This document shows positions 39,143 through 51,865 of a DNA stretch of 64,000 bases, one piece after another (position 1 is the first letter of the stretch; each line of letters opens with the position of its first letter). The notes below the pieces were generated by a model. It saw only the letters and a list, made by a program, of their open reading frames with translations, did no database searches and was not told the origin of the DNA. The position numbers and the translations under genes are program-made. The DNA comes from Eledone cirrhosa (taxonomy: Eukaryota), in NCBI GenBank assembly GCA_964016885.1, contig OZ024742.1:108686001-108750000 (forward strand), given 5' to 3'.

Positions 39143-39560
39143 TACGTGCGTACGTGTCTTTATATTTTAATGAATTCGTTGTTGGAAGGGTTTTAAATGC
39201 AAATCCATCAAAATATTTTGGTTGTTTTCCAACCCCTTTTTTTACTGCGAAAATAGAAGAATTAAGTGTTTTGTCAAAAAGAATAATCAAGTGCCTTGTC
39301 AAAAACTCCATCGATAATCTGCTAATTAAATTAATTACAACTCTATCAGTTCTGCTATTCTCACAATTGTTCTTAATGCTGTGGGATATGTCGAACCATC
39401 GTTACTCTATATAATGCTTGAGTATTCTCTAATGTTTATATTTTAATGGCGATCGAGAAAATTTAAATTCAACAAATTCGGTAGAAATATGTTCCAATTT
39501 TTTTAAAAAATGAAATAAAATTTACGTCTCTCACTTATGCAAGTTTACCTGTCCGCCTGA

Positions 39561-39785
39561 GAGGTTGTATCTAATAGGCGGTTTCTTGGGTGTTTGAATT
39601 ATTGGGACCCACGTCCTATAATGCTGGTGTTGTTACAGCTCACAGCTATTCATGTTTAGCTGCCCTCCTACGAGGCTGTATCTAATATGAGGTTTCTTAA
39701 GTGTTTAAATTATAGGGGCCATGGTCCTATAATGTTATTGTTGTTACAACTCACACCTATTCAAGTTTAGCTGCCCTCCTACGAG
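39561..39785. repeat. Diverged tandem duplication of about 111 bp
   Basis: GAGG(T/C)TGTATCTAATA...GTTTAGCTGCCCTCCTAC occurs twice. Confidence 0.85.
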
Positions 39786-40094
39786 ATTCCATCTATGAAT
39801 GATAGGTGTCCCAGTCCTATAATTAAAAGCAATGTACAACGAAGTGCCATGCTCCAGAACACAACGCACCACCAGGTCCAGGTAACTAACCCACGGTCTT
39901 GTGAGTCCAACACCCAAAACAGTTGGCCACGTGTCTTCTAGTTCGATTACCCACTACCCAAGTAAGACAGAGATCAGTTTGATATTCGATATTTTTGATT
40001 ATGTATTTATGATTCTATTTCAAGATGTAGATTGAGTTATATATAAACAGAACAAATTAGTCAAATCAAAATTAACTGCCTGTCACTTTCACTA

Positions 40095-40338
40095 TAATAC
40101 GGCAACAACAATAGTAGCAACAGTAACAACAAAAGTAGTAGCAACAACAACAGCAATAGTAGCAACAGCTGTAGTAGAAATAACAGTAACAGTAGCAAAA
40201 ACAATCACGGCAGCAGTAACAACTGTATTAAAAGCAATAGTAGCAACAACAACAACAATAACAGTAGCAACAGCAACAACAGTAGCAACAAGAGAATTAG
40301 CAATTACAACATTAACAACAACAGTGGTAACAATTACC
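40095..40338. repeat. Degenerate (AAC/AGC/AGT)n trinucleotide tract
   Basis: In-phase mixed triplets. Confidence 0.85.
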
Positions 40339-41120
40339 ATTTTAAAGGTTTCCCGTTTAAATTAAAATCTTCCAGCATAAAAAGAATTTTTTGTTATGTT
40401 TCATTAAATAATTGAAATGTTGTGTATTTCATTGGAAATATGGTTATGAAAAGATTAATATAAATTGCATGCCTATAAATGTATAAAATTAAAAATTCAT
40501 TCTGAAAGTATGTTAGCGTATTGTTAACGGATACAAAGCAGATTTAACTATAATATAATCGAACAAGTATACAGACTCCTATAAACGAGAAAAAAGTAAA
40601 CGGAATCATGGCAATTCTCTTCACTTTTTAACATAGTATTCTACCTCTAGATTAGTGAGTAGAGCACTTTAATCCAGGAGGAAATTTTCGTCTTTACATT
40701 AGCCATTTTTGTTCCAAACTATTTATGTTAATGCTGAAACTGTAAAGTGTCTGTTTAATGGCAAAATATCTAGAATAGACAAAATAATTTGTTATTTCAC
40801 AGATCAACTATTTGATAGATTGACACTGGTTTCAACCGGCTGGCAGGATGTTGAGAAACGGTCAGACGTGGATTAAAATTCCTGTCTAAATCGATGATTT
40901 ACTCTCAATGTTTACTGACGGATCTTACCCCCCCCCCCTCCCTCAAACAAACGCGCACGTTCTCACACACACAAACAGTTTCTTTCCTTCTATCTCTCTT
41001 CAACATTTCTTACGACTTGAATAGCTTTATTTAGATCAATATGCTTCTATGGTCGCTAGAAGAAATAAAACAAGTTCTGTTAAATTAGATGCTCAATAGA
41101 CCAGTTAGATAGACACATAC

Positions 41121-41237
41121 ATAAGAGGTTTGCTTTCTCAATTTGGGATGTCGACAACTTATTTTTGGAATTGAATTAATAATGATAAAAGTAACAAAAT
41201 CTTCAGAAGAGACACATATAACTGTCTGACCAATTTG
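41121..41237 (-). CDS. Possible internal coding exon of an unidentified host gene or pseudogene (39 codons, phase 0)
   Basis: Acceptor ttttactgtcAG, donor GTATGT, open frame QIGQTVICVSSEDFVTFIIINSIPKISCRHPKLRKQTSY; no homology recognised. Confidence 0.25.
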
Positions 41238-41623
41238 CTGACAGTAAAATATCAAATTCAATATATATTTCTTATGTAAACTCAACGTTCTGAGAAACGA
41301 CCTTAATAAAGAAGAGAAAGGGTATTTCTGTTTGCACCGAATATTTTGAAAGCAATTTATCCAAAAATATAGTTGATTTAACTGTTAACATGTAAACGGT
41401 AAAAACATTTCAGAACACTAACAAGAGACTGTATTATATCTTCTCATGATTTTACAACACATCAGATAGTTACTGCCTTATTCCAGATTGAATTGAATTT
41501 GGAAACTCTTTTTTCAATATTTATCACAGTTTAACAATAAGTACTTTATTTTACATACTTTTTATTGATCATATTATTGAGCAATGTGGATACTATTGGA
41601 TTAATGTTGTTCCAATTTATAAT

Positions 41624-41830
41624 AATTGTTTCTACTTTAGACACAAGGCCAGCAATTTCAAGGGGCGGGAAAGTCAATTAAATCGACCCCAGTACTCACT
41701 GGTGGTTTATTTTATCGACCCAGTAAGGATGAAAAGCAAAGCTAACCTCGGCGGGATTTCAACTCAAACTGTAAAAGACCGTATGCTGCAAAGCATCGCG
41801 TCCGACCCTCTACCGATACCGCCAATCCAC
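41624..41830 (-). mobile_element. tRNA-derived SINE, long-form subfamily
   Basis: Carries the extra GGGGTCGATTTAATTGACTTTCCC segment. Confidence 0.85.
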
Positions 41831-42636
41831 ATCTGAATAACAGTGCTCCATGTGCATATTTTCGAAAAGCAAAACAATACACATAACATACACATTACTA
41901 GTTTCATTTGATCAAAATTAACTATTTTCAATTTTAAAAAAAATATACTAAAAAAAATTTTTTTTTTTAAACATCAGTATAAAAAGGTAAAAAAAGATGA
42001 GAGGTTGAAGAATGTGTTACATGTCTGTCTTTCCACCAAGCATTAACTCTTCAAAATTAACTTTCACGAACACCGGATCTTCATTAATTTAATCTTTGAA
42101 AACAAAACTAATACTTTCTTTTTCTATATGTTTGCCTAAATATTAAATACATTAAATTCTTTATTATTTTTAGGTAATTTAAAGATGAAATACGTTATGA
42201 TAGCTGCAATTGGTATATATTTAAGCTTTTACTAGGTCAGACAAATGTACTGAATAAAATAGCTACATTGTATTTTTATATTTATTTAACTTATTATCTA
42301 TTTAGCTTTTACTAAGAGTTAATCTTGCAGTATCCAAAATTTGGTTGGTCATTGAGATTAGACTCAGAGTAATTTATCTCGTAACGATTTCCGGAATAAG
42401 TAGGTTAATATGACTGTATATGAAAATATTTTATATTGTATTAAAATTAGAGATGAGCTTTTGGCAAAAACGTTATATATATATATATACACACACATAT
42501 ATATATATATATACATATATGTATATATACATATATATACATATATATACAAATACACACACATATATATATATAGAGAGAGAGAGAGAATAAGGAAAAG
42601 CGAAGTAGTTTCAGATGTTCAAGTCCTTTAATAATA

Positions 42637-42821
42637 ATTGTTTCTACTTTAGGCACAAGGCCAGCAATTACCTAGTGCATTACTGGTACTTTATTTTATC
42701 GACCCGTAAGGATGAAAGGCAAAGTCAACCTCGGCGGGATTTGAACTCAGATCGTAAAGGGACGTAACTATGCTGGAAAGCATGGCGTCCGACCCTCTAC
42801 CGATACTGCCAATCCACCACC
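42637..42821 (-). mobile_element. tRNA-derived SINE, short form, nested
   Basis: The empty site is visible in the repeat copy at about 44145-44155 (TAATAATAAT). Confidence 0.9.
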
Positions 42822-42841
42822 CTGTGCATTACTATAATAAT

Positions 42842-42915
42842 GCTGTGATATATATTTCAATGGCGACAGTGACCACACTGTTGCGTGCGCCAGTGCCGCG
42901 ACATCGTCAGACAGC
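42842..42915 (-). ncRNA. Type I hammerhead, canonical core
   Basis: GCTGT-CTGACGA-stem II-GAAA-TATATA-TC-ACAGC. Confidence 0.8.
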
Positions 42916-44154
42916 TTGTTACATAATAAGGTTATGTCTCCAGCTTGTTACATAATAAGGTTATGTTTCCAAATTGAATCGACATGGGAACGGACGAAGT
43001 GTGTGCTCTTGGGTTCTTCATCCGTTCCCTTGTGAGTACCAATTCACCCCCACCGGTCTGCGCAGGCGCAGGTCCGAAGGAAGTTGACCATTAGCTACCG
43101 CAGAGTTCAACGGAATTCGCCTAGGCAGTTCCCCCTCTCCACCAAACAGTGACCTATTCAGGCCTGTAATATATAGCTTACTGCTAGCCACCCCGTCAGT
43201 GGCAGTCAGCCGAAAGCTAGTGGGGGTGGGAGAGTATGAGTATCAATAGGTCTCAATACTACCCCACATTAATGATGGACAGTATAATTGACCATCAACC
43301 TCTAAGAGAAAATATACTTAATTCTAGGTATTATGGTTTCACAGTGGAAATTATGAATGAGAGTTGGAAATTAAAACTAAAAATTAAAAATCGAAAATCA
43401 GAAATCAAAAATTAAAAAAGTTTACAAGTGAGAATCTAGATTGAAGTGAGTAAAAAAAATATGTGCACCTATACTATCTACTACGTAGAGAGATGTTTAA
43501 GTAAGAAGTTTTGAAAGGGGTATTAATGTTACATATATATATTATCTACATACGGAACGATAGTACCATACAGTAGAACGGTGGGTAAATTACAGTATGA
43601 GAGGTAGTAGTTAGGCGGATACAGAGTTAGAATTTCCATCACATGGAACAAAACAAAAATAAACACAGATATAAAATACACAAAAAAAAACACAAAAAAT
43701 ATCCAATAAATACAAAAAATACATACAGTACATATATGCAAAATGAGATAGGAGATACATGATTAATATGATTGCCAATTTGTCCATATATAGATTGAAT
43801 TGAGGGGGCTTCTGTTCAAATGCAATTTGGTGCAAGAAAATAGGGGTTTATCGTTGTTTTTGTTTCCGCGTATTTATCCTACCGAAAGTTAGTTTTATGT
43901 CCGTCCAGTATCAGGGATTTCCATCCCCATGGTAGAGGGAATATCCGGGTGTAGCTGGTGGCTGGTTCCTCTCTTCTCCACTATATCGGTTACATCATAG
44001 AGCGCTCAACTAATTGGAGCTAAATTCTTAAGGTAAATATTGATGCAATTCAATTCAAGCACTCAACATACTTATTCCACATAGGAGTGACGGAGTAAAT
44101 ATCGAATAAGGAAAAGCCAAGTAGTTTCAGATGTTCAAGTCCTTTAATAATAAT

Positions 44155-44228
44155 GCTGTGATATATATTTCAATGGCGACAGTGGCCACACTATTGCGTG
44201 CGCCAGTGCCGCGACATCGTCAGACAGC
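44155..44228 (-). ncRNA. Type I hammerhead, second copy
   Basis: Two substitutions relative to 42842-42915, both in the stem II region. Confidence 0.8.
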
Positions 44229-44672
44229 TTGTTACATAATAAAGGACTTGAACATCTGAAACTACTTCGCTTTTCCTTATTCGATATTTACACCGTCACT
44301 CCTATGTGGAATAAGTATGTTGAATGCTTGAATTGAATTGCATCAATGTTTACCTTAAGTATATATATATATATAAAAAATTCGAAGCTTGAAAGCCACG
44401 ACAATGCGGGCTTACACGGATAATTATTAAATCCTAAGAAACAGGGCTTGTTTTTTTTTAACTTAATTAAATTAATTCATGTCCTGATATTTAGAGATTA
44501 ATATCTCTTGTTCCCAGGAAAATAAAGGAACTATTCCAGTGTCCGATGTGGCTTGCTATACCATGCATATATATACATATGCATACAAGAGAAAAACAAA
44601 AACAATAACAAAAAAACAAGAGGACTTTTAAGATTTTTTTTTGCTTTGACTGTCTGCCGATATATGGACTGT

Positions 44673-44739
44673 ACCCCTTGATGCTGGCGCTTCAGTTCGG
44701 ATCTAGCTGTCGAAACGGCCGGAGCTCAGCCGTCAGGGT
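44673..44739 (+). ncRNA. Degenerate hammerhead motif related to the 31782 family
   Basis: ACCCC-TTGATGC...GTC-GAAA-CGGC cggagctca GCCG-TC-AGGGT; core imperfect. Confidence 0.4.
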
Positions 44740-44827
44740 CTTGAGACTTTCATGCATATATATATATATATATATATATAAGTAAGAAATAGGAGAACAG
44801 ACCGTTAATACATGTTTATTTAAAACA

Positions 44828-44867
44828 GCACCTACGTACGTTTCGCCCGGATGGGCTTCTCAAGGGC
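44828..44867 (-). ncRNA. Minimal hammerhead, U3-A8 variant
   Basis: GCCC-TTGAGAA-GCCC atcc GGGC-GAAA-CGTACG-TA-GGTGC; lies in a short insert whose end 44781-44812 is inverted at 45009-45040. Confidence 0.78.
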
Positions 44868-44943
44868 ATAAATAACTAAAAAGTGTTCCTTACATGGCCC
44901 GGAAATTTTTTGGAGGTAAGTTCACGTCAGAGTTCATATATGT

Positions 44944-45013
<70 letters not shown>

Positions 45014-45185
45014 TAACGGTCTGTTCTCCTATTTCTTACTGTTCCACGTGCTTACGCTCTGCTAACTCTCTCGCCTATATCTAACACTGCCGGCACTAGT
45101 ATTGACCACCTTCTGCATACGCTATTTGGCAAATTACTACATGTATCACCTATCCCTCCTTTTTTTCCCTCTCTCTCTCGATACG

Positions 45186-45265
<80 letters not shown>

Positions 45266-45319
45266 TTATGTATATATATACATAAGTACATATATACATA
45301 TATATATATATACATACAT

Positions 45320-45707
45320 CTAAGGCGGGTAAAATTCCCGAGATCCATGGACGAGTTCTCTCCAGCGGTCTCTGTCCCTCATCATCGCTGCCATATCCTG
45401 CATCTCCAACAGACCAGTGTCTGTCCTTAGGGCATCAACATATGTTAACCTTGGTCTTCCTCTTCTAGTGTGTCCATGTAGGGGCTCCCAAAGGAGCACT
45501 GAGTGCAATGTCAACTCTGGATGTCGGTGAGCATGTCCAGCCAACCTCAGTCTCCTCTGTGTCACTTTTGAGCTGACTTTTGGGGTGCTCCCATACAGCT
45601 CTGAGTTTTTCATCCTCAGTGTATACTAATTAATGTTCAGAGCCATCCTCAGCATTCTCGTGTAGCACCCATCCACCATCTGAGTGAGTCTCTTGGACAC
45701 TGACCAT
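45320..45707 (-). mobile_element. RTE-clade LINE 3' end (short copy)
   Basis: Near-identical to 46948-47335; ends [15 protein letters not shown]. Confidence 0.88.
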
Positions 45708-45710
45708 ATG

Positions 45711-45742
<32 letters not shown>

Positions 45743-45865
45743 CAAATTATATATGCACATATGTATATAGGTAGAAGGGATATTTAATTTGTTGGAAATC
45801 CGACAAATATAAATATAAATGTTTATAACTGATTTAGAGTACTCCACAAGTTTCTGGAGTAAATA

Positions 45866-46840
45866 TTCAATGATATTAAATAAATGGAAACTATATTTAT
45901 AAAACTATATTTATTTTATTATATATATTTCAATATTTCAATATTTTTTCAATATTTTTTCAATAGATTAATAGGCACTAACTGATTCTGGCTAAATGTA
46001 TCTTAAACATCCATACTTATTTTGACTAAATAGTCTCACACTAACGAATAAATAAATAAAATCGGAGTTTTTTCCTTATCTTCCCTTTTCAATCATATAA
46101 ATATAAATATTCTTACTTAACTCAGTTAATTTAATTTAATTTAATTTAATTTTAAATCATTCTCAATTTTAAATACATATTTATTTACATAAAATACAAA
46201 ACCAATATCCCTCATAACTCATTAGAACAACTATCTATAACATGATATACCCATTTATTTATTTATTTATTTATTTATCTACTTAAAACAGAAGAAAAAC
46301 ATCTCACGTAACTCATATTATATTATAAACAAATTTTAAACAACTAATAATCGTAAAATATCCTTTTAATATAAATACACATATAATTAAAATATATACT
46401 TACATATATACATAGATAATTGTTGGAATATATTTCCCTCAAATTAACGTTATATGAGCTTTTTATTCATCTTCGCTTTTTTTCCTTATTCTCTCTCTCT
46501 CTCTCTCACTATTTTGTCCTTCCTCTCTACTCTCTTCTCTCTCTCACTATCATATATTATATATATAAACTCTCCATAGTCGTTTAAATAAACGGTTGCT
46601 TTTCAATTATTTACATATTCATTTGCATATTCACCCATAAGTTTAAAAAATCCATAATACATTTCCATTATCCAGAGAATATCCAACTGATAAGGTATGA
46701 TTTTCCTGGGTATGTCTCTATTTATAAAACAAACTTTGTATTTTATCTGAAGAAAGCGTACCAAAGTGTTTTGGTACCCTTGAAATAATAAAATAAATAT
46801 GGTTTTATAAATATAGTTTCCATTTATTTAATATCATTGA
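45866..46840 (+). mobile_element. Naiad-type 3' UTR fragment with an inverted terminal copy and a damaged hammerhead (46741-46794)
   Basis: 45867-45932 inverts 46780-46840; TTTTAT-CTGAAGA-..GTACCAAA..TTTGGTAC..-GAAA with stem III deleted. Confidence 0.7.
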
Positions 46841-46947
46841 TCATGTATATGTATATATATATGTATATATATATATATACATATACTGTGGTTACTTCCG
46901 ACTCAACCCGGAATAACGTATATATATATATATATATATATATCTGT

Positions 46948-47765
46948 CTAAGGCGGGTAAAATTCCCGAGATCCATGGACGAGTTCTCTCCAGCGGTCTC
47001 TGTCCCTCATTATCGCTGCCATGTCCTGCATCTCCAACAGACCAGCGTCTGTCCTTAGGGCATCAACATACGTTAACCTTGGTCTTCCTCTCCTAGTGTG
47101 TCCATGTAGGGGCTCCCAAAGGAGCACTGAGTGCAATGTCAACTCTGGATGTCGGTGAGCATGTCCAGCCAACCTCAGTCTCCTCTGTGTCACTTTTGAG
47201 CTGACTTTTGGGATGCTCCCATACAGCTCTGAGTTTTTCATCCTCAGTGTATACTGATTAATGTTCAGAGCCATCCTCAGCATTCTCGTGTAGCACCCAT
47301 CCACCATCTGAGTGAGTTTCTTGGTCAGTGTCCAAGTCTCAGACCCATACAGCAGCACAGACTCCACTACAGCAATGAAGAGGCGGATTTTCAGGTCTCT
47401 ACGAAGGTCCGACTTCCACACCGATCTCAAGCTGTGACACGCCGCCCAGGCCTTTCTCTTCCTCTCAACCACATCATCTTCCGCATTCCCAATCCTTGCT
47501 CCCAAATACAGGAAGTCCTCAACAAATTCCAGCGGCTTCCCGCCTACATTAGTGATCCCCTCTGGCTTCTCAACACTCTCTACCAGATATTTTGTTTTAG
47601 TCTCATTCATTCTCATCCCCACACTCATCGACACAGTCTCAACCTCCCGCATCAAATCCTCTGCCTCCTTCACTGTATTTGTCACCAAAACTATGTCGTC
47701 GGCAAATTCAGCATCCGATACCTTTTTCGCCCTAACTCTCCTGCTCTGAGCCGGTGCTACAGTAA
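46948..47765 (-). mobile_element. RTE-clade LINE, 5'-truncated, open RT C-terminal frame
   Basis: [40 protein letters not shown]; stop codon followed almost directly by microsatellite. Confidence 0.9.
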
Positions 47766-47897
47766 AGCATATATATATGTATATATATACACATATATAT
47801 ATATATGTATATATATATACATATATATATATACATACATATATGTATATATATATATGTATATATATATATGTATATATATATATGTATATATATG

Positions 47898-47930
<33 letters not shown>

Positions 47931-48054
47931 GTATATATATGTATATATATATATGTATATATATATATGTATATATATATACATATATATATATACATAC
48001 ATATATACATACACACACACACACATATATATATAAATATACATACACATATCA

Positions 48055-48742
48055 CGATAAATTAACGGAGCCATAGACTCTCGCTAATCTCTGTCAGTAA
48101 TGTGCTCAAAGGAGAAGGAATCCCGAGCTCTTTATAATACAATATGTAGAGAAGATAACACACTAGAGAGAGCGATAGTGCACCATCAGTCAAACAGGGA
48201 AAAACCACCAGTGTATGGAATCTATAGCCCATGGAAGGCAGAGTAGACACACGATAATTAAAAGTATAAATTAAAGTGTAAATACATACCTCGATAACTA
48301 TCTAACACACACGTACAAATCCAAAGAGATCTGTTTCTCTGAGTGGTTTGGGCTGTCCTTTCTAGCAGCTCGTCCCTCACAAGCCACCGGTTACTGCACA
48401 AGGCACGCTGTGATTTCTCTCTCCCACGTGTGGTTGGACGGTCGCTTTAGATTCTCTTAGAGTTGTCTGAAATGTATAGCCTTACACACGCTGATGAACC
48501 ATGGGCTATTCATTTCAGTCAACAACTTATTTGGCGAAACAGATCTTTTTTGGATTTGTACGTGTCTGTTATATAGTTATAGAGGTATGTATTTACACTT
48601 TAATTTATACTTTTAATTATTGTGTGTCTACTCTGCCTTCCATGGGCTATAGATTCCATACACTGGTGGTTTTTCCCTATTTGACTGATGGCGCACTATC
48701 TCTCTCTCTGTTGTGTTATCTTTTCTACATATTGTATTATAT
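48055..48742 (+). mobile_element. Fold-back hammerhead-bearing insertion in (TA)n
   Basis: 48132-48337 is the inverted repeat of 48536-48741. Confidence 0.8.
48486..48565 (+). ncRNA. Type I hammerhead, canonical core, full stem III
   Basis: ACACG-CTGATGA-aCCA...TGGc-GAAA-CAGATC...GATTTG-TA-CGTGT. Confidence 0.8.
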
Positions 48743-48822
48743 ACACATATATATATATACATACATATATATATATATATACACATACACATATATATAC
48801 ATATATACATATATATATATAC

Positions 48823-48868
<46 letters not shown>

Positions 48869-48941
48869 GTATATATATATATACACAGATATGTGTATGT
48901 ATATATATATACAAACATATGTATATATATACATATATATG

Positions 48942-49001
<60 letters not shown>

Positions 49002-49006
<5 letters not shown>

Positions 49007-50972
49007 AAAATGAATATAAAATGAAAGTGCTTTTTTTAAAAAAAGGAATTTATTAGGTATTGACATATGTTTCTGTAACAGACGGAATACCTATGTATCG
49101 CTGCTTGCGTAATCATATAATGTTAGCAAGTATTCGATAGCAAATGTATAATCAGTTGTCACTTCTTCAGAGATTTTGGATAAATTGGATAAAATCAGAA
49201 AAATTGAAGTATTTATATTAGTTGTAATAGAGGAAGAAGAGACGGGGTAGTATATGACAGATGGTAATTCAATTTACTTCTAAACAAGTATATAAAGGGT
49301 TTCTAATGAGAATACAATGAGTAAATGGTTTATTTTATCTAAATAAGAATTTTTGGGAGTGCCTATCTATACTTGACCAGTTGAACAATGGACAGGGCTG
49401 GTCATTTGGTGTAGTAGTATTAATTATAAAGTGTCAATTGAGGAAGGGGGAGATTTCGACTGCTACTGAATAACATCAATGCTAGTAGCCAGCTGGTATA
49501 TGCATTAGGGAATTGAATTAAGAAATCAGAAATCTCATTTTATCTATAGCAGTTTATATTAAATGGTAAATAATAGAAGAGTTGATAGAATTAAGACTAA
49601 TAGAGAATGTTAATATGTATTTTGACAATCAAACGGAGATGGAGACAGGCGTTCAATCCCGGTAGTATTTGTAATATGAAAATGTAGATTTTAAGCGATG
49701 GTTACAGTATAACGATCGCTCTATTCTGTTATTTAATAAAATGTTTTTGGATTTCATAATACAAAATAATTCCATATTACATAATTTACAAAATTCCTGT
49801 CCGTGGCATGTTTTATCGAGTAACGATGTCTATAAAGGCGTGACTTGAAGGAGGTGGCTGTAGATCCCACATAGCACCACTTCTGTCTATCCGTAACTGT
49901 GTCCAACCAGGAATGTGTCCGTTGAACAATCAGTGTCTTGAACGCAACATCATATACAAATGTACTATCGAATCGGATAGACAGAAGTGGTACTATGTGG
50001 GATCTACAGCTACCTCCTTCAAATCCCGCCTTTATAGACATCGTTACTCGATAAAACATGAAAACCAGCGTTATGTAACAACACTCGCGGACAAGGCTTT
50101 GTAGCTGCGTGAAAATAACCAACAATTTAACCTAAAATGGGATATAATAGTGTCTGCCCCTCCATATCGCCACGGACAGGAATTTTGTAAATTATGTAAT
50201 ATGGAATTATTTTGTATTATGAAATCCAAAAACATTTTATTAAATAACAGAATAGAGCGATCGTTATACTGTAACCATCGCTTAAAATCTACATTTTCAT
50301 ATTACAAATACTACCGGGATTGAACGCCTGTCTCCATCTCCGTTTGATTGTCAAAATACATATTAACATTCTCTATTAGTCTTAATTCTATCAACTCTTC
50401 TATTATTTACCATTTAATATAAACTGCTATAGATAAAATGAGATTTCTGATTTCTTAATTCAATTCCCTAATGCATATACCAGCTGGCTACTAGCATTGA
50501 TGTTATTCAGTAGCAGTCGAAATCTCCCCCTTCCTCAATTGACACTTTATAATTAATACTACTACACCAAATGACCAGCCCTGTCCATTGTTCAACTGGT
50601 CAAGTATAGATAGGCACTCCCAAAAATTCTTATTTAGATAAAATAAACCATTTACTCATTGTATTCTCATTAGAAACCCTTTATATACTTGTTTAGAAGT
50701 AAATTGAATTACCATCTGTCATATACTACCCCGTCTCTTCTTCCTCTATTACAACTAATATAAATACTTCAATTTTTCTGATTTTATCCAATTTATCCAA
50801 AATCTCTGAAGAAGTGACAACTGATTATACATTTGCTATCGAATACTTGCTAACATTATATGATTACGCAAGCAGCGATACATAGGTATTCCGTCTGTTA
50901 CAGAAACATATGTCAATACCTAATAAATTCCTTTTTTTAAAAAAAGCACTTTCATTTTATATTCATCTTTTC
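49002..50972. mobile_element. 2-kb palindromic Naiad-type Penelope insertion (endonuclease plus 3' UTR in both orientations)
   Basis: Arms 49002-49892 and 49974-50972 are near-identical inverted copies; the left arm lacks about 110 bp; GIY-YIG CPLNNQCLERNIIYKC..YYVGST..FKSR; hammerheads at 49057-49175 (-) and 50801-50919 (+). Confidence 0.9.
50801..50919 (+). ncRNA. Type I hammerhead motif, long stem II, palindromic minimal stem III
   Basis: CTGAAGA-aGTGACA...TGTTACa-GAAA-CATATG-TC; weak stem I. Confidence 0.65.
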
Positions 50973-51076
50973 TACATTTTCTCCGGAATATAATTTATAC
51001 TCGTTGAGCAAACCTACACGTACGCTGTTCATCTCTAACGTAACGATATATTATCACTACATTATTGATAACCTGA

Positions 51077-51208
<132 letters not shown>

Positions 51209-51685
51209 GTACATATATATACATATATGATGGTTGTCCCTTCGTTATCGAGTATGACCATTGCACGATATACCATTATTATTAACTATTAATTAATTCT
51301 ATCGTGCAATGTATGTGAGTGAAGATATTTTTTAAAGTGAGGAAAGACTGTGCACTGGGCGACAGTAGCTATAACCCGAAAAGAAGAAAAGATCAACATC
51401 ATCGGTAACTACTGAGCCGCTGGTTTTATATGGGAGTTATCCCAGTTTCCTGAGTTGACTTCTCCTAGAAGAATGACCTGAGAAAGGCTAGGGGTCCTTC
51501 ACTCCCAGTGGTTTAACCGCGGGATCGGGTGTCCAGCCCGACTATTTCTATGCCCCCGCGCATATACATACATATGCACCCATGTATATACACATATACA
51601 TGTACATACATATGTACATGTGTATATACATATTTACACACTTTTGGATGGCCGTTGACCCTTACATACATATATACACACACAC

Positions 51686-51808
<123 letters not shown>

Positions 51809-51865
51809 AAAGGTATATATTGAGTTAGAAACTCAAAATACTCTATATATATATATATATATATA

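Larger units (their letters stand above)
42589..44359 (-). mobile_element. Non-coding element with hammerhead-containing direct repeats plus an inverted end (Penelope-type/retrozyme-like)
   Basis: 42589-42929 (minus the SINE) repeats at 44105-44241; 44241-44359 inverts 44027-44145; no RT or endonuclease ORF. Confidence 0.75.

Noticed and set aside
44480-44520. Hammerhead-like hairpin on the minus strand (similar weak cases at about 23505-23650, 25165-25245 and 58078-58112)
   Set aside because: Both core segments or stem II are too degenerate to support a call
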